A DNA stretch of 64,000 bases from NCBI GenBank assembly GCA_010909165.1, contig VJWM01000068.1, positions 930,001 to 994,000 of the forward strand. The letters are read 5' to 3'. A program made the position numbers and the translations under genes. The notes under the pieces were generated by a model. The model was not told the DNA's origin. It saw only the letters and a list, made by a program, of their open reading frames with translations, and made no database searches. How positions within the stretch are numbered: the first letter of the stretch is position 1; each line of letters starts with the position of its first letter. Origin of the DNA: Anthoceros angustus. Taxonomy: Eukaryota > Plantae > Anthocerotophyta. Shown here one piece after another: positions 61,335 through 64,000 of this stretch.

Positions 61335-63172
61335 ATGGCGGCGCACACTGTAGCTGCGGTTGTGTGCTCGGAAGTGGCCGGGTGGCGGGGAGCTGCTACC
61401 ATCTCCGGCTCCCGCGCTGTCGCGGGCGCCGTCGTCTTTGCTGCTGGGATCGTCGCCGCCGCCACCGTCGCCTCTGGTGCACTACAATGGCCTGCACCGA
61501 TCGCACAGCGAGACGGCCGTGGGGTCCTTTCTGGGCCAGCGGGGGCCGCTCTGGATGGAGGCGCAGCAGCAGCAGCAGCCGAGGGGGAGGAGCGCGGCGG
61601 CGTCGGCCTCCCTGGGGGGGTTTCTGGGAGGGCTGTTCAAGGGGCAGGATTCCGGGGAGGGCACGCGGCAGGAGTACGCCAGCGCGGTCGGGGCGGTGAA
61701 TTCCCTGGAGGCGGAGATGCGGGAGCTTTCGGACGAGGGACTGAGGGGGAGAACGGAGGAGCTTCGTGCCAGGGTTGCGGGCGGGAGGGTCTGGATTCCG
61801 TGCTGCCGGAGGCGTTTGCCGTGGTGCGGGAGGGGCCAAGCGGGTGTTAGGGTTGCGGCCGTTCGACGTGCAGTTGATTGGAGGGATGGTGCTGCATCGC
61901 GGCGAGATCGCGGAGATGCGGACCGGGAGGAAAACGCTCGTGGCGGTGCTCCGGCGTATTTGAACGCGTTGGGAGGGAAGGGCGTGCATTCGGTGACGGT
62001 GAATGATTATTTGGCGCGGCGGGATTGCGAGTGGGTCGGGCAGGTGCATAGGTTTTGGGGCTGAAGGTTGGGCTGATTCAGCAGGGGATGAGTCCCGGAA
62101 AGGCGGAGAGTTATGGTTGTGATGTTACTTATGTGACGAACAGTGAGCTCAGGTTTGATTTTTGAGGGATAATCTGGCGACGAGCAAGGAGGATTTGGTG
62201 CTTCAGGGTTTAATTTTGTGTGATTGATGAGGTGGATTCGATTCTGATTGATGAGGCCAGGACCCCGTTGATCATTTCTGGGTCTGCGGAGAAGCCCAGT
62301 GAGAGGTATTTGAAGGCGGCGAAGATTGCCGCGGTGTTTGCCAAGGATGTGCATTACACGGTGGATGAGAAGCAGAAGACGGTGCTGGTGACGGAGCAGG
62401 GGTATGAGGCCGCGAGGATATTTTGCAGGTCAAGGATTTGTATGATCCAGGAGCAGTGGGCGAGTTATCTGTTGAATGCGATCAAGGCGAAGGAGTTGTT
62501 TCTGCGGGATGTGAATTACATCGTGCGCGCGGGGGAGGTGATGATTGTGGATGAGTTTACTGGGAGGGTGATGCAGGGAAGGCGGTGGAGTGACGGGCTG
62601 CACCAGGCTGTGGAGGCGAAGGAGGGCGTCAAGATCCAGAACGAGACGGTGACGCTGGCGTCCATCTCGTACCAGAACTTCTTCCTGCAGTATCCCAAGC
62701 TGTGCGGGATGACGGGACAGCGGCCACCGAGAGCCAGGAGTTCAGGAGCATCTACAAGCTGAAGGTGACGGTGGTGCCCACCAACAAGCCCATGGTGCGG
62801 AAGGATGAATCGGACGTGGTGTTCAGGACCGCGAGCGGGAAGTGGCGCGCCGCGGTGGTGGAGATTGCGAGAATGCATAAGACAGGAGGCCGGTGCTGGT
62901 GGGGACGACGAGTGTGGAGCAGAGCGAGGCGTTGTCAAGACAGCTGCAGGAGGCTGGGATCGCGCACCAGGTGCTGAATGCGAAGCCGGAGAATGTGGAA
63001 AGGAGTCGGAGATCGTTGCGCAGAGTGGGAGGCTTGGGGCCGTCACCATAGCGACCAATATGGCGGGCGCGGGACGGATATCATCTTGGGGAACGCGGAC
63101 TTCATGGCGAAGTTGAAGCTACGGGAGATGCTGATGCCGCAGGTGGTGAAGCTCGCGGATGGCGAGATTCCG
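61335..63172 (+). CDS. SECA1: Plastid preprotein translocase SecA1, no introns visible, indel-frameshifted, truncated at the 63173 junction
   Basis: [17 protein letters not shown](EGKT), [70 protein letters not shown]. Confidence 0.95.
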
Positions 63173-63992
63173 TTCCCCACAACCCGCCACGGACTAACGA
63201 GGAGTACAAATTTCAACTACCATCTTCAGCTCTGTGCTGTCCGCCGTAGACGTGCTGGTGTCGGTGTTGGTGCCGATGCTCGCCTGGCCCACTCCTGAGC
63301 CTTAGGGCTTTATTCTTCGCCCTGCTGCCCTGCTGCTCCCACCGATTCTTCCCGCTAGGAGCATCAGCAGCGCCTGGGAATTGCACCATCATGCCCAACA
63401 CGAACCCAACCACCAGCGCCGGCAGGTACTTCGCCAGCCCCAGCGCCGGCGACAACCAACTCTGTCGACGCACATTCTTCTGCACCGCTCTCTGCTTCGA
63501 GGGCACACCTTTCTGCAACCCAAATCCGCCACAGTCTCGTCACCAAATCCCACTCCCGCACCAACACACCCCAAACAAACACAAAGCACCCATCTCACAT
63601 CCGGCTTTTCAAATCTCTCCTCCGCCTTCACGGGCCAAACCAAGCGCCTCAGCACCCCGATGTTAGAGATTTTCTCACCAGAGCCGTTCTCACGCTCTTG
63701 CTACATTCACAAAACTCCACACCATAACTCCAACCGCAATAACACCAAACATCTCACACACACAACAACACGCCAAAATCATTCCCCCACAGCCCACCCA
63801 TCTCACCGGCTTCCCTTCCTTCGGCTCCTGCTGGTGCTTCCACAGACAACCGAACGGAGACATGTCGCTCCCGTCCCCCCGTTATGCAGTCAGGCCAGCC
63901 TCACCCTGTACCGCAAGGATGAAGAATCTTCCTTCTCCCACGCTTCCCCAAATTCGGCCTTGCCCCGCTCCCCGCACCACCTCCCCAGACAT
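63173..63992 (-). pseudogene. PTH2: PTH2 duplicate 3 (5' exons only); third copy of 56929-57745
   Basis: Sequence jumps back at TTCCCCAC and repeats PTH2 exons 1-2 to the window end. Confidence 0.85.
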
Positions 63993-64000
63993 GGTCGCAC

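Larger units (their letters stand above)
55951..62178. repeat. Tandem duplication, period ~3114 bp (55951-59065 / 59065-62178)
   Basis: Junction CTGGC/CTGTC; copies differ mainly by homopolymer indels. Confidence 0.96.

Noticed and set aside
58227-63172. GC-rich intronless secA as bacterial contamination or recent HGT
   Set aside because: Has a transit peptide and plant SECA1-specific N-terminal sequence ([20 protein letters not shown]), and is contiguous with the intron-containing PTH2

Overview
Eukaryotic nuclear DNA from a compact-genome, non-seed land plant. This is inferred from short GT-AG introns, plastid-targeted genes and an axonemal N-DRC gene implying flagellated sperm; hornwort-like is a guess, not proven. 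The first ~22 kb is mostly transposon-derived or degenerate. It holds two diverged copies of an LTR-like element whose coiled-coil ORF has no recognisable gag/pol motifs but shows clear synonymous-biased conservation, plus small hairpin-ended repeats, minisatellites and one ankyrin gene. The rest is gene-rich: UFD1, a DnaJ-type zinc-finger protein, a LINE remnant, two intronless STP sugar transporters separated by a gag-less chromovirus (Ty3/gypsy) element, DRC9/IQCG, a PAP/DCR2-type phosphoesterase with an unusual C-terminal membrane anchor, a CGL160/AtpI-like protein, an orphan ORF, squalene epoxidase, PTH2 and an apparently intronless plastid SECA1. At least eight head-to-tail jump-back duplications (126 bp to 3.1 kb) have short microhomologous junctions. 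They fragment or multiply DRC9, PTH2 and SECA1. The larger copies differ mainly by homopolymer indels, so long-read assembly artefact is the leading explanation for those. No rRNA, tRNA or CRISPR was seen.
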